A stretch of DNA of 63,876 bases, filler included, from Limisphaerales bacterium (GTDB lineage Bacteria > Verrucomicrobiota > Verrucomicrobiia > Limisphaerales > SIBE01), in NCBI GenBank assembly GCA_044225505.1. It is 9 parts of 9 records of this genome, joined end to end, with 100 filler letters (N's around TTAATTAATTAA, not from the genome) between each part and the next. Parts side by side here need not be neighbours in the genome. Positions count along the whole stretch, not along the records: positions 1 to 7,499 come from JBGAIN010000274.1; positions 7,600 to 14,918 come from JBGAIN010000275.1; 7 more parts are not named here. One strand, written 5' to 3'. Numbering within the stretch: the stretch's first letter is position 1; each line of letters begins with the position of its first letter. Positions 1 to 11,300 of the stretch are shown here, piece after piece. Under the pieces are notes generated by a model that did no database searches, was not told the origin of the DNA, and saw only the letters and a list, made by a program, of their open reading frames with translations. The position numbers and the translations under genes were made by a program.

Positions 1-648
1 GCTGTCGAGCCCCAGCTTGTCCTGCTTGATCACCCCATCGATCCCGCCATCCCCGGACCGCCCCACCACCTTCCCCGCATCCTCCACCGACCCGCCATAC
101 CCCATCGCCACCAGCAAATCCACCACCGTCCGTTCAAACGCCGCCGGCGTCCCGTTCAGCATCGTCTCCAGCAGTTCCCCGGCGAGGCTCTCCTGCATCG
201 CCTGGAACGTCCTGTCCAGCGTCTCCTCCGGCGTCGCCTTAGTCTCCACCGCCGTCACCACCGGAGCCGCCAACGGCTCGTCCGCCGCCACCTCTTCCGC
301 GCCGCCACCTCCCACAAATTCCAGAAACTCCGGATACTGCCGTAAGAACTTCGCCGTGATCGCCGGAGGCGGCGCGGCCAACACCGAACGGCCGCGCTCC
401 GTGATCACATACACGCCCCGCCGGACCAACCGGATCAGCCCCGCCGCCTTCAGATACTGCACCGCCCACGCGCAACGATTCGCGAACACCGTTTGCGTGT
501 TGCTCGGCAACCGCTGCGCGAGTTCTTCCTCGGACAACCCAAGCAAAACCCCCAGCCGCTGCCGGACCTCCGCCCGCGAACGCTCCGCCCCGTCCTCCAT
601 CAGTTGGAGCGCTGGCAGCATCAGTGATTGATAGTCAGGGATAGTCAT
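1..648 (-). CDS. mrr: Mrr-family (type IV) restriction endonuclease, 3' end runs off the window
   Basis: Not in the ORF track because it has no stop in the window. Manual translation from ATG 648 gives MTIPDYQSLMLPALQLM...NRCAWAVQYLKAAGLI...RGVYVITERG...TPEETL...FERTVVDLLVAMGYGGS...GRSGDGGIDGVIKQDKLGLD, matching the Mrr_N and Mrr_cat signatures. Confidence 0.95.
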   Translation of the reverse strand, partial: MTIPDYQSLMLPALQLMEDGAERSRAEVRQRLGVLLGLSEEELAQRLPSNTQTVFANRCAWAVQYLKAAGLIRLVRRGVYVITERGRSVLAAPPPAITAKFLRQYPEFLEFVGGGGAEEVAADEPLAAPVVTAVETKATPEETLDRTFQAMQESLAGELLETMLNGTPAAFERTVVDLLVAMGYGGSVEDAGKVVGRSGDGGIDGVIKQDKLGLDS

Positions 649-907
649 TCGTCTCGCTTCTGGGTTGCCAATTAGGCCTCCGCCTCGCACCTGTTAGTAT
701 CACCCACTGCGACTGCCACCACTATGCCCCGTGACTCTCGCCGAACCGTCATTCTCCTGTTCGCCGCCCGTCCCGATAACTCATCGCGTGACGAACTCTG
801 TCTTGGCCGAGCCACCCGACCAACATCAAGTTTCCATTACGTCAAAAACATGAAACAATATCTACCTCGTCGCGCCGAGCCCGACTCAAAGATCAGGTCA
901 CTAAGTG

Positions 908-3391
908 ATGAAGCTTGCCTTTCAAACCATTTGCTGGAACCATCGAGTCAAAAAAGCGCACTGGCCTCAACTCTTCAAGTCCATCAAAGCTGCCGGCTTT
1001 GACGGCGTCGAAGTATTCCAGCATCCCGACGACCTTCCTGCCTGGCCGACCTTCCGCGATCACGCGGAGGCATCTGGCCTCAAGATACTCGGACTCACCG
1101 GTGGCACCGTAGCCCAACGAGTCAATTACCTTCGCCCAGTCGGAATCCGGCCGTCAGGCGAAGAACCCTATCTCTACATCGAGCGATGGGATGACGAAGC
1201 GGAGTCAGCCTACGAGTCCGACTTTGTACTAGCTCTTCACTATCACCATCTCAGCGCCCTACCGAGCGTCTCGGATGCGCTGGAGCTTCTCACGAGCAAG
1301 CCCAAGTTAAAGTGGCTTCCGGACACCGCCCACCTCTTCATCGGCCAACAAAACAACGATCGCCTGCAGGAATTGCTTTTGCGGCATCTTGATCGAACCA
1401 TCGCCGTGCATCTTAAGGACTGGAAGGCCTCTTACGGCAGGTTCTCGCACCGCTACGCCAGAGGTTTCTGCGTCATCGGCCAGGGACAGATCAAGATCAA
1501 GGAGTTGGTGAAGCGCCTGAACAAGAGTGGGTATCAGGGATGGTACGTGGTCGAACTCGATTACGCCGCCTCCAATCCTGACGACGACATGCAAGCCTCC
1601 GCGCATACCTTGCAGGAGTGGAAGTTCCTCAGTCGGAAACCCACCACGGAGCCCAGCGACATCCCCACGGACATCGATACCGAGCGGGTCAGTTTCACTG
1701 CCGATAAGCTACTTCACCTCGCCTCTCGCGGGGAAACTTCTTTTTACTCCGATGTAGCCAAATTGCTCCGGGAACAGTTCAAGGCCGATGGTGCCGCGAT
1801 CTGTCTCACCAGTAACGCAGCCGCGGGTACCAGCGTTCAGGCACTTCTACCGGCTCCGGATCTCGCCGGCGATCCGCACCTTCAACGCCACACGGAAGAT
1901 TTGGCCCGCCGGTGCGTGAAACACAAAACACCGCAATCTGAGCGTTATGGACAGCTGGAACGGCTCGCTATCCCCGTAGAGAACCGCTATAGCCCGAATC
2001 AGATCCGCTTGGTCCTCGTCTTCGATGTCCGCCAGGGGAACACCGGTTTTGATCGCACTACCGCCGAGTCAAAGCTCTTTCAGCTGATGTTTGGTGACGT
2101 CCAGGATGTTTTTGTCACCGAGCGTTGTTTGGCTGCCTCGGCCGAGGCCAGTCGTCTAGCCTCTCAGTATTCCAATCAGGGTAGCTACCTGAACGCCATC
2201 GCCAATCTCGTCAAGAGAAAACTCGATTGTGAAGGAGTGACGATCTTCGTCAGCACGCCATCCCACGAAGCCCTCGTCGTAGGGGGCACCACCGGCATCC
2301 ATTGGGCGCCAGAGTATCAATGGCCGACGCGGCAACGATACGACTACGGAACTGGCCGCACCGGCCGCTCCGCCCAAACCCGCAGCTACAGCATCTTCCG
2401 CGATAGCGACGAGTTGCGGAAGGAACAAAAAGTGGGAAAAGCACGATCCCACGAAACCGGCGTCAATGTCGACGTTGATGGTTGCCTGATCGCGCCGTTC
2501 TTTGACAGCCGAGACGAGGTCGCCGGTGTCGTACGCTGCCGCAACAAAAAAGATGGCCAGGACGTCATGTACTTTAGCGAGGAGGACCTCGCCTTGGTCG
2601 AGGCCATCATGCAGGTCGTCCAACCAACCCTAGAGGTACTCGCCGAAGACCGTCTAGTCACCGACGCCGTTACCCTCCTCGCTCATGAACTCGGCAATCC
2701 CATCTTCGCCATGCGAGGCGCCCTAGCGGATCTCGAATTCGAGGTCACCAACCAGCGTTATATTCGCCCAGACAGCTTTCCCGACCTCCAGAGTTGGCTG
2801 GACCTGATGGTTCGTCAGCTCAAGCAATATGAATTATTCGTGGGCTCCAAGATGACGGCCTGGGAGCCCAAAAGGAGTGTCGTAAAGTTTATCGGCGACA
2901 TTGTCGCCCCGACCGTCGCGCAGGCGCGCATGCTTCTTCAAGAGCGCGGCTTCTCTCCCACCCGCATCAACTATGGCAAACTGAGCGATTGGCTCAACAT
3001 TCCTTTCCTTTATGTCGATCGCAACATGTTCGAGCAGGTAGTCTTCAATCTCATTAGCAACGCGATCAAATACGCCGATAGCGATCCCACGTTGTTTCAC
3101 TTAACCATCCGCGGCGAACGCCATGGTGAGCGCGTCCATCTGATCTTCGAGGACAACGGCATTGGCGTGCCACCCAGCTGGGAACAGGACATCTTTCTGC
3201 AGCACTCGCGCGTCATCGCTGAAGACAGAGCCGCCACGTCCGGTCATGGACTCGGCTTGTGGGTCGTTGACCGCATCGTCAAACTGCACCGCAGCCGAGT
3301 GTTCTTAGATTCTCTATCGTCGCCCACGCGATTTGTAATCGACCTCCCACCCACCGCCCTTGCCAAGCGAACAGGAAACACCGGCTACTAG
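908..3391 (+). CDS. Sensor histidine kinase with N-terminal sugar-phosphate isomerase/epimerase (IolE/AP-endonuclease-2-like) TIM barrel, GAF domain(s), HisKA and HATPase_c
   Basis: N-terminal motifs AAGFDGVE, DTAH, HLKD and GYQGWYVVELD. C-terminal H-box LAHELGNP, N-box FNLISNAIKY, G1 DNGIGVP and G2 GHGLGL. No obvious TM helix. ATG at 908. Confidence 0.85.
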   Translation: MKLAFQTICWNHRVKKAHWPQLFKSIKAAGFDGVEVFQHPDDLPAWPTFRDHAEASGLKILGLTGGTVAQRVNYLRPVGIRPSGEEPYLYIERWDDEAESAYESDFVLALHYHHLSALPSVSDALELLTSKPKLKWLPDTAHLFIGQQNNDRLQELLLRHLDRTIAVHLKDWKASYGRFSHRYARGFCVIGQGQIKIKELVKRLNKSGYQGWYVVELDYAASNPDDDMQASAHTLQEWKFLSRKPTTEPSDIPTDIDTERVSFTADKLLHLASRGETSFYSDVAKLLREQFKADGAAICLTSNAAAGTSVQALLPAPDLAGDPHLQRHTEDLARRCVKHKTPQSERYGQLERLAIPVENRYSPNQIRLVLVFDVRQGNTGFDRTTAESKLFQLMFGDVQDVFVTERCLAASAEASRLASQYSNQGSYLNAIANLVKRKLDCEGVTIFVSTPSHEALVVGGTTGIHWAPEYQWPTRQRYDYGTGRTGRSAQTRSYSIFRDSDELRKEQKVGKARSHETGVNVDVDGCLIAPFFDSRDEVAGVVRCRNKKDGQDVMYFSEEDLALVEAIMQVVQPTLEVLAEDRLVTDAVTLLAHELGNPIFAMRGALADLEFEVTNQRYIRPDSFPDLQSWLDLMVRQLKQYELFVGSKMTAWEPKRSVVKFIGDIVAPTVAQARMLLQERGFSPTRINYGKLSDWLNIPFLYVDRNMFEQVVFNLISNAIKYADSDPTLFHLTIRGERHGERVHLIFEDNGIGVPPSWEQDIFLQHSRVIAEDRAATSGHGLGLWVVDRIVKLHRSRVFLDSLSSPTRFVIDLPPTALAKRTGNTGY

Positions 3392-3401
3392 GATCATCTT
3401 T

Positions 3402-3848
3402 ATGTATTTTTTCATTGACGACAACTGGCTGGCACTCACGAGCTGGATTCGCATGTTGGAAAGAGCAGGGAAACAGACGGCGAGAAACAACGATGCGAGG
3501 CGATCAATCCAGTTCCTGGAAGAAAACAAAGAGCACATTTGTTGCGTTATTCTCGACGTGATGATGCCGGCCGCACCAGAATGGATCGAGAACGCGGACC
3601 GCGGGAAAGGGACTGGACTAATCGTAGCTGACAACCTGCGGGGAATTTCAGACAAGCTGCCGATCATCTTTCTGACCAATCATCGTGACAGCGCCGTGAT
3701 TGCTGAGCTCAAGCGATATCCTTACTCTCGATATCTCGACAAGCGCGATGTTCGTCCGACTAACTTCGCAGAAACCGTGCTTTCATTACACAACGAGATC
3801 AAAGCAGACATTAAGAACGATGAGGCCCAAAAAAAGAACGCCCACTAA
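3402..3848 (+). CDS. Single-domain response regulator (REC)
   Basis: FIDD...ILDVMMP...G..G...PIIFLT receiver motifs; lies directly downstream of the kinase; ATG at 3402. Confidence 0.85.
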   Translation: MYFFIDDNWLALTSWIRMLERAGKQTARNNDARRSIQFLEENKEHICCVILDVMMPAAPEWIENADRGKGTGLIVADNLRGISDKLPIIFLTNHRDSAVIAELKRYPYSRYLDKRDVRPTNFAETVLSLHNEIKADIKNDEAQKKNAH

Positions 3849-5005
3849 CGCAGCCGGGACAACCTCCGGAGCCGGTCTAGAAAGACCGCCCCCTCGGCGC
3901 TCCACCCCGCAATTTTGAGCGGATCATAATCTATCAATCGCTGATAAGGTCGAGTTAGGTCCTCCGGAGCATCGCCGTTTGAGAGGAGCAGATCCCATCG
4001 TTCTTGGATCGCTTCCGCCATCGTCGGCGCGTCGAACTTTGGATAGCGCTCTGCTAGGCACACCAAGTCGAAAAGTGCGGTTGTCGGTGCTTTGGGCGGG
4101 ACGTCTAAGATCAGAAGCAATAGAAAATCGCGCAACCGAACTGCGTCGCGAAGCATCGCTGCATGTAGTTCTGCAAGCTCGCGATCGGGTCCTCTCGCCA
4201 ACTGCCGTAATATGTCCTCCCACGACAAGCTATCGGGTGGACAATATCCGATCACACCCAAAGGCTGACACAAATCCAACGGAGTCAAGGAGCCGATTCG
4301 GGTCATCAGCGTGCCCAGATGCCTGATATTCTCGGCAGCGGTCTTCCATTCTTGATCGGATCGAAACTCAAGAACCGTGGGCCGATCCCTTTCCTCCAGG
4401 CGGACGCCGATGCCCTCATCGATCCAGCGCCGCCAAAAATAGCGGAGCTCGCCCTGCGTGTTGTCATCCTCGATCAGTGGCTCCAGTTTTTTAAGTCTCT
4501 TGCTGAGCTTCTCAACCACACTATCTACGGGGACACGTCCCGGCAATTGACTCGGCGTCTTTAACAAATACATTAGATCTTCAATCTGCGCCTTAAAATC
4601 AATGCGCGTCTCCTCCACTCGCACATTTGTTGAATCGAGAAGGTCACTTGCGGTGAACGATCGGGCACCCCGTTCCCAATGCCGAGCGGCGCCATAGAGA
4701 ACCTGATTCAAGGGCTCCAAAAGGTCCGGATGCTCCCGAAGCAGTTCCCAGGTGTTTGGCGCGTCCACCACGGCCTCCACACAAAGTTGAAAGAACACTT
4801 GATATTGAAAAGACAACACTTCGGTCAGAGGCGGCGAACCTAGATATACAGTCCCGTCTGGATTTTGCAGCGCGGAAATACAATCGTGCAGTCGAGAGAG
4901 TTGCCCCTTCGCACGGAAAAGATATAAGTGCTTGATAAATTCCAGAGACACGCTGTCCTGATCGTTTTCGGTTGTATCCCATTTGTTAGACACGTTAATA
5001 CCCAC
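3845..5005 (-). CDS. Hypothetical protein, possibly the separated C-terminal part of the upstream KAP-type NTPase
   Basis: 386-aa ORF with protein-like composition, on the same strand and downstream of the NTPase ORF. Confidence 0.5.
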   Translation of the reverse strand: MGINVSNKWDTTENDQDSVSLEFIKHLYLFRAKGQLSRLHDCISALQNPDGTVYLGSPPLTEVLSFQYQVFFQLCVEAVVDAPNTWELLREHPDLLEPLNQVLYGAARHWERGARSFTASDLLDSTNVRVEETRIDFKAQIEDLMYLLKTPSQLPGRVPVDSVVEKLSKRLKKLEPLIEDDNTQGELRYFWRRWIDEGIGVRLEERDRPTVLEFRSDQEWKTAAENIRHLGTLMTRIGSLTPLDLCQPLGVIGYCPPDSLSWEDILRQLARGPDRELAELHAAMLRDAVRLRDFLLLLILDVPPKAPTTALFDLVCLAERYPKFDAPTMAEAIQERWDLLLSNGDAPEDLTRPYQRLIDYDPLKIAGWSAEGAVFLDRLRRLSRLR

Positions 5006-5483
5006 AGTTCAAGCGAAAAGGCTGGCAGAGTAGTGAAGCCGTATGAAACCGGACCGCGCGACGAGCATTACGACAAGAGGGCTGACTATGGGGTATTGGT
5101 CACGAGCGACGCAGCCCGAGCGTCGACTCGGCGCAGCAATCACGCGCAGCCCAGCCCAAATCCTTGCCAAAAACGCTAACGCATCCGGGCGTGGGAAACC
5201 GCCCATACCAAACGAGTTGCGCGAATTGACCGAAAAACAGCTCCGCAAACGCGAAGTTGGTAAGCGCTCAGTGCGCTCGATTTTAGTGAGACCATGCGAA
5301 TCTCCCTCTCTGCTCATACGTCCACCTTCTCCAGTTTTCACTCATCTGGCTGGGCTGATTAGCTTCCTTCTCCAATCTCGGCGAGTGCCGCTCACGGGCT
5401 ACTCGCCTGGCTTCTCCTTTATCTTCCCCACCCCCTTTCCCACCGAAGCACGGGCGCAACTTGTGCTTAGCGCTTGGAGTCAG

Positions 5484-6955
5484 TCAGATTCCTGCATCCG
5501 TATCTACAATGAGTCGTTCCTCAAGATATTGAAGCAGTTCTTTCCGACGATGGCTGACGAGGATTCGATCTGTGAAGAATGAGGCAAGGTCCCCGTCTCG
5601 GCCGCTGTGAATATCCTCGTAAAAACGCCGGGGTGCCAGGAAGCAAATAAACGCTTGGTCAGCCGCAAAATACTTGAGATCTCTAGCAAGTGCAGCGATA
5701 CGACCGCGGAGATCGCTGCCCTTTACCGTTGACCCAGCGCCAACACCGTCGATCCGATCCAGTTCATCGACAATGATCACGGGAAACAGTCCGGCCGCCT
5801 CAACACGACGCAGTACGATGGGCAGTGCCCGCTCAAGCGAAGCGAAACTGTCGTCGCTCATCATCTTCCCTGCCTCGTGCGCCGCACTCATGACGTTCGA
5901 TAACAGCGTGGTGACAAACCCTGCGACGAACGCAAGAAGTAGCCCGGCTGGGATGTCACCTACCTCCTTTAAATAGGCTACAAACACGACCGCTCCGACA
6001 ACAAACCCAATTAGAGGGTTAAGGGCCCTTCCCCCGCCGTGTAGCATGAACTTGAAAAATGCTCGCATCCAAGTCGTCGTGTCCTCATCCACCTTGCTGC
6101 CGATTCTTGCGTAAGGATGCGTACTCTCCTCCAGGTCTACCGCGCCGTCCTCTGCAATAGACCTTGCGCTGTGTTGCCGCGACCGCTCGTTATCGCGATG
6201 AGCATTGATCTCTCGGCACATGCGAAGTGAGGTATCGAATGCTACCAGCTCGCGGTGTACTTGGTCCGCGGGCACTTGGCTCCCCCCCGCCAAGCCGGGA
6301 AGGATGGGGTCCAACCGGTAAGACGGCAAGGAGAAGTCAGCCCACATCTCCCGCAGACGCTCGCTTTTCGGGCCGCAGTCAAGCTCCATTCGGAACTGCG
6401 CCGCTCGTTCTTGAAGGTCAACATTGTCGCCGGCTTTGCCCCGGAACATCTCGCCATACTCCTCGCAGAGGGCAACATGAATTGCTTCGGCGAACATGCG
6501 AAAAGCCGCCCGCGACGCCGGTGCGCCGGTACGATTGTCGCCTAAGAGAGAAGGCCCATGTATCCGAACAGGCAGGGGGCGAGGAAAATGAAGAGACCTT
6601 ATCGGATCATAGCTGGCAAGGTGGGGGCGGCGCCAGCGTAGCCGTTCAATAGCCTTGAGGACCATTGATGTGCGACCAGCGCCCCGATCGCCACCGAGCA
6701 ATACAGAACATCCCGCGGTTCTTCCGTCGACATAGCCCTTCAAAAGTGATTCGAAACATAAAAAACAGCGGTTATACCGTCGACATAGCCCATCAAAAGT
6801 GATACTAAACGGACCAGGCTGAGAGAGGTAACAGTCCCGTTCTTGATTCCCACCCAGGGAGCGTTTGGGTTTAGGTACGACCCGATGGTCAGCGGATCAC
6901 AAACCGGCTTAACGCGAATAGCGCGCGGAAAGGGCGCTGGAGGCGGGAGAGACAT
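5484..6955 (-). pseudogene. KAP-family P-loop NTPase with two inserted TM helices, frameshifted near its 5' end (ORFs 6740-6955 and 5484-6743)
   Basis: Walker A GDRGAGRTS, a hydrophobic helical hairpin (LIGFVVGAVVFVAYL / GLLLAFVAGFVTTLL) and Walker B VIIVDELDRI. A degenerate duplication with 53-bp period (GYVDG encoded twice, at 6724 and 6777) shifts the frame. Confidence 0.65.
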
Positions 6956-6974
6956 GCTTCATTGACCTCTATAG

Positions 6975-7499
6975 CTACTGTTTCCGCCCCGCCGCCTCAG
7001 ACGAACAAGGCGGGCAGGGCTTGATGGTTGACGTGGGGTTGTTGTCGGCTTGGTTTCTCGGAATGATCAGCTTTCGCCTATGGCGAGCTACCTCATCGTC
7101 TTTCTGGCCGCCTTCCTTCACGCGGGGTTGGACTGACGCCGGTGTCTCGGAACTTGATTTCTCCGCGTTCGAATCCAGCTTTGGGGTCTGACTTGGGGCA
7201 ACGACTGCGGCATGAGTGCAGGGAGTCGGAACAACGATTGCCGGCACCGGGCATTTTGGCTCTTTGTCACCCGGCTTCTCTGCATCTTTCTTACCCAACG
7301 TCGACAAGCTATACCCACCAACAATGGCGAACATACCCCCAAAGATCAACGTCGCCATCAACAGCCCCAAGGAACGCGAAATGCGCCAGCCTCCCAAAGC
7401 TCCGCCGAAGCCTCCCCAGTGCCCCTGAAATTCAATCGGTTCCTTGGCGCGAACTAAGGCCAAAAATGAAATGAGCGTCACGAGTCCGAGCGTCACCAG
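6975..7499 (-). CDS. Hypothetical membrane protein, 5'-truncated by contig end
   Basis: Two hydrophobic segments around a GHWGGFGGALGGWRIS motif, followed by a low-complexity tail. Confidence 0.55.
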   Translation of the reverse strand: MVTLGLVTLISFLALVRAKEPIEFQGHWGGFGGALGGWRISRSLGLLMATLIFGGMFAIVGGYSLSTLGKKDAEKPGDKEPKCPVPAIVVPTPCTHAAVVAPSQTPKLDSNAEKSSSETPASVQPRVKEGGQKDDEVARHRRKLIIPRNQADNNPTSTIKPCPPCSSEAAGRKQ

Positions 7500-7599
7500 N
7501 NNNNNNNNNNNNNNNNNNNNNNNNNNNNNNNNNNNNNNNNNNNTTAATTAATTAANNNNNNNNNNNNNNNNNNNNNNNNNNNNNNNNNNNNNNNNNNNN
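7500..7599. other. Artificial contig spacer (N44-TTAATTAATTAA-N44). The same spacer recurs at 14919-15018, 22274-22373, 29708-29807, 36948-37047, 44532-44631, 51753-51852 and 58836-58935
   Basis: Identical 100-bp N-padded linker with stops in all six frames; ORFs are cut at each junction. Confidence 0.99.
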
Positions 7600-8310
7600 G
7601 TTCCACACGACTTCCAATTCGCATTCAAGGTCACCGATGAAATCACAGTCAAACGCTTTCCGAAGTTGCCGCGGTTCGGAGCGCGCGCCGGAACGGAGAA
7701 CCCGAATTTTCTCAATGCCGAACTCTTTAGCAAGGCGTTTTTGCAAGTGGCCGAGCCCTTTCGGAGCAACATAGGTCTGCTTATTTTTGAGTTCTCGAGA
7801 TTTTCGCCCCAGGACTTCGCGAGAGGGCGCGAGTTCATGGATCGCCTCGATGCCTTCTTTGCATCCTTGGCATCAGACTGGCGTTACGCCGTTGAGATTC
7901 GCAACCGAGGGTTTTTGCATCCTGACTATTTTGCGATGCTGGCAAGCCATAAGGTCGCCCATTGCTACAACAGTTGGACAGACATGCCTTCCGTCAGCGA
8001 TCAGATGAGTTTGCCAGGCAGTCAAACGAACCACTCCTTTTCGGCGGCTCGCTTTCTCCTCAAGCCGGGGCGAACCTACCAAACCGCCGTCAATCGGTTT
8101 GGCCCGTACGACCAACTCAAAGAGGTCAATCCAGAATGCCGTTCCGCAGGAGCGGCTCTCATTCGTAGGGCGATAAAGAATCCAGGCCGCGAAGAGTCGT
8201 GGATTTACGTCAACAACCGACTAGAGGGCAATGCCCTGGCGTCGATCGCAGCCATGATTCGTCATTGGAGAGGGGAAGAGACGCTTTCGGTTGAGGAAAC
8301 TGGAGTATAA
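7600..8310 (+). CDS. DUF72 domain protein, 5'-truncated
   Basis: The frame is open from the contig start: VPHDFQFAFKVTDEITVKRFP...YAVEIRN...ARFL...IYVNNRLEGNA. Confidence 0.88.
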   Translation, partial: VPHDFQFAFKVTDEITVKRFPKLPRFGARAGTENPNFLNAELFSKAFLQVAEPFRSNIGLLIFEFSRFSPQDFARGREFMDRLDAFFASLASDWRYAVEIRNRGFLHPDYFAMLASHKVAHCYNSWTDMPSVSDQMSLPGSQTNHSFSAARFLLKPGRTYQTAVNRFGPYDQLKEVNPECRSAGAALIRRAIKNPGREESWIYVNNRLEGNALASIAAMIRHWRGEETLSVEETGV

Positions 8311-8329
8311 GACCTGGCTTATAGGCCGG

Positions 8330-11300
8330 TCACGTGTCCAAAGCAGCACGAAGCTGGTTGAATTCCGATGCCAGTGCGCGTACGCGTTCCTCGACAGCCG
8401 CTTGGTCGCCGCCTTTGGCGCTGGCCTCCACCGCGGCTGCGAGCGCGCGCATTCGCTCTCCGGAAACGTTGGCTGCCGCTCCCTTGATACGATGAGCTAC
8501 CGCTGCAATCGTCCCGTAGTCAAAGGCAGCGGCCGAACCTGTTAAAGACTGGATGGCTCCGGGCATGTCGTTCAGGAATGCTTTGGCAACGCTCCGCATT
8601 AGAGATTCGTCCCCCAAAACTCTCGCCAGAAATGCGGACCGGTCGTGCACCGGAATGGAGTCAGCAACTAATGCGTTGGATGGTCGCTCAACCGTTGGCA
8701 CGGGACCAGGAGCGGTCAGTGTTGCATTCTCTGGGAGCCACTTTTTCAAAGCTGCAAACAACGCCCCTGGCTCAATCGGCTTCGTCAAAAAATCGTTCAT
8801 CCCAGCGGCCAAACAGAGTTCTTTGTCGTGTGCAAAAGCGTGGGCCGTCATGGCGACGATCGGCACGACAAATCCTGGGGTGATATTGCGCTCGTGCTCT
8901 CGAATTCGTCGGGTGGCTTCCAGCCCATCCATGACGGGCATCTGCACGTCCATGAGGACCAGGTCGTAGGGCAACTGAATCAACGAGTCCAAGGCCTCCT
9001 GTCCGTTGTCTACGGCGTGGGCTTCCACGCCAAACAGTTTCAGGATACCCAGGGCCACTTGCTGGTTCGTGGCATTATCGTCTGCGATCAACAGGCGCGG
9101 CGGATGGGAGTCATTCAAGTCAGCTTGGCGATGTGGTTGTGGCGCCTTGGGGTCTTTTAGGTCGTCCAGTTCGCCGTTCAGGCGCGCCATGGCGTGATAA
9201 AGTTGGCGATGCCTGACCGGCTTGCGCAAGCAAGCTAGGTTCGCAATGCCCTGAAATGCTTGCTCATTTGGTATGCGGTCTAGCAAAGACAACAGCACGA
9301 GCGCGGTTTGAGCGAAGCGTGGGTCCATTCGAAACACTTGAGCGAAGGTTGTCCCGTCGCTTCCCGTCATGGCCATATCGACAATCGCCACTGTAAACGG
9401 TTGATCGTTGTTGGCAGCCGATAGAAGAGCTGCCTGCGCGGTACTCAAGTCGGGCGCTTCCTCCGGAAGCATTCCCCAAGCCGCGCACTGCGTCCGAAGA
9501 ACGTCTCGATGCGTATCGTTATGTTCAACGATCAAGACTCGCATTCCGCGCAGGCCATCTTCGAGGATTGAGTCTGCGGGTAGGTTCGGCTGCAGCCGAA
9601 AGCGCGCGGTAAACCAGAACTCGGATCCAGTTCCGGGAGTCGAGTGGACACCAATCTTCCCTCCCATTTTCTCCGCGAGCTGCCGACAAATGGCGAGCCC
9701 GAGTCCGGTGCCACCGTAGCGTCGGGTGATCGAGGCGTCTACTTGGGTGAATTTTTCGAAAAGTATAGCTAGTTTGTCTGCCGAGATCCCAATTCCAGTG
9801 TCGCGAATGGAGAATCGCAAAGATACCTCCGCAGCCGAGTGAGTTTCCACGGAGACTCGGATGGCGACTTCGCCTCGGTCCGTGAACTTGAGCGCATTTC
9901 CGACTAGATTGGTCAGGACCTGGCGCAGTCGACCGGGGTCCCCTTGAAGGCGCAGCGGAACCTCCGGCGCCGGTGCGCAGATAAGTTCCAAGCCCTTCTC
10001 CGTAGCTTTCACCGCCATCAGGGTGGCCAAATCTTCCAGAACGTCTCGTAAATTAAAGTCCAGACTCTCAAGTTCCAGCCTTCCCGCTTCGATCTTTGAA
10101 AAGTCCAAAATATCATCGATCAGCCGAAGCAGTGTTCGACCACTGGCGCGGACGGTTTGGGCGTAATGTCGCTGCGCATCATCCAGGCGTGTTTCCAACA
10201 GCAAGCTGGTCATCCCAAGTATTCCGTTCATCGGAGTTCGAATCTCGTGGCTCATATTCGCCAGAAACTCACTCTTGGCCGCACTCGCCAGATTGGCTTG
10301 CACCGCAAGTTCATGGGCTAAATGAGTGGCCTCCTCCAATCGATGATTGGATGCCAAAAGGGTCTCCTCCGCCTGCCGGCGGCTCGTAATATCTCGAACC
10401 ACCCCGACAGCGTTCCAGCCGTCCTCCAGTCGGATTGCGGACAGCGAGAGTTCGATAGGGAACTCCTCTCCATTTTTGCGGCAGGCTTGCAGCTCTGTCA
10501 CTCGATTCACGGCACTCCCCGCCCCTGTTTGGAGAAAATCTCGCCAGGCGACCGATTGTGCTTGGTGGTAGCGACTTGGGGCAATGAGTTGGTGTAACTG
10601 CTGCCCGATCACCTGATCACGGCCAAAACCGAAAATTCGCTCTGCGGCTGGATTCCAGAACGAGACTCTCCCGCGAGAGTCCATCATGATGATGGCATCT
10701 TGTGCCGATTCTGTAATGGCCCTCAATCGAGTCTCGCTCTCGCGGAGCGCTTCTTGAGCTCGCTTTTGATCGGTGATATCGCGACTCAATCCGACGACTC
10801 CTATCAGGGTCCCGTCGGGCAACCAATAAGGTGTCTTCAGCGTATCGAGGAGCGCCTTACGTCCGTTCGGGTAGGTGATTAGTTCCTCATTATGGCGCGG
10901 CATTTTTGACGCCAACATGCGCTCATCGTTTTCGCGAAAAGCCGCCGCGACGTCCGGAGCAAACAAATCATAGTCCGTCTTGCCGATGATTCCCTCTTTC
11001 TTCCGCCCGACAAACTCCGCGAACGAGGGGTTACAACCGAGATAAACTCCTTCTACATTCTTGAAGAAGATCATATCCGGCAATGAATCAAGGAGAGAGT
11101 TGATCAAGCTGGCCTGGCGTTTGACTTCTTCCTCCGCTTCACGTCGTGCCGAGATGTCGATCATGGAAACCAAAACGCCAGCGCATTTCCCTGGTTCGTC
11201 GAGAAATGGCGCGCGAGTCACTTGAAGCCAACGGAGTTTTCCAGCGACTTGAACGAGTTCATCCCGACTCACTGTCCTCCCGGAATCCACCACCTCTTGA

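Noticed and set aside
17..631. 204-aa plus-strand ORF from the track
   Set aside because: It is a shadow of mrr on the opposite strand.
5020..5110. AGCCGTATG segment as group II intron domain V
   Set aside because: The complementary half of the domain V hairpin and the domain VI/AY end are not present.
7500..7599. Recurrent TTAATTAATTAA motif in N-runs as a biological repeat
   Set aside because: It is an artificial six-frame-stop linker, and gene adjacency across these linkers is meaningless.
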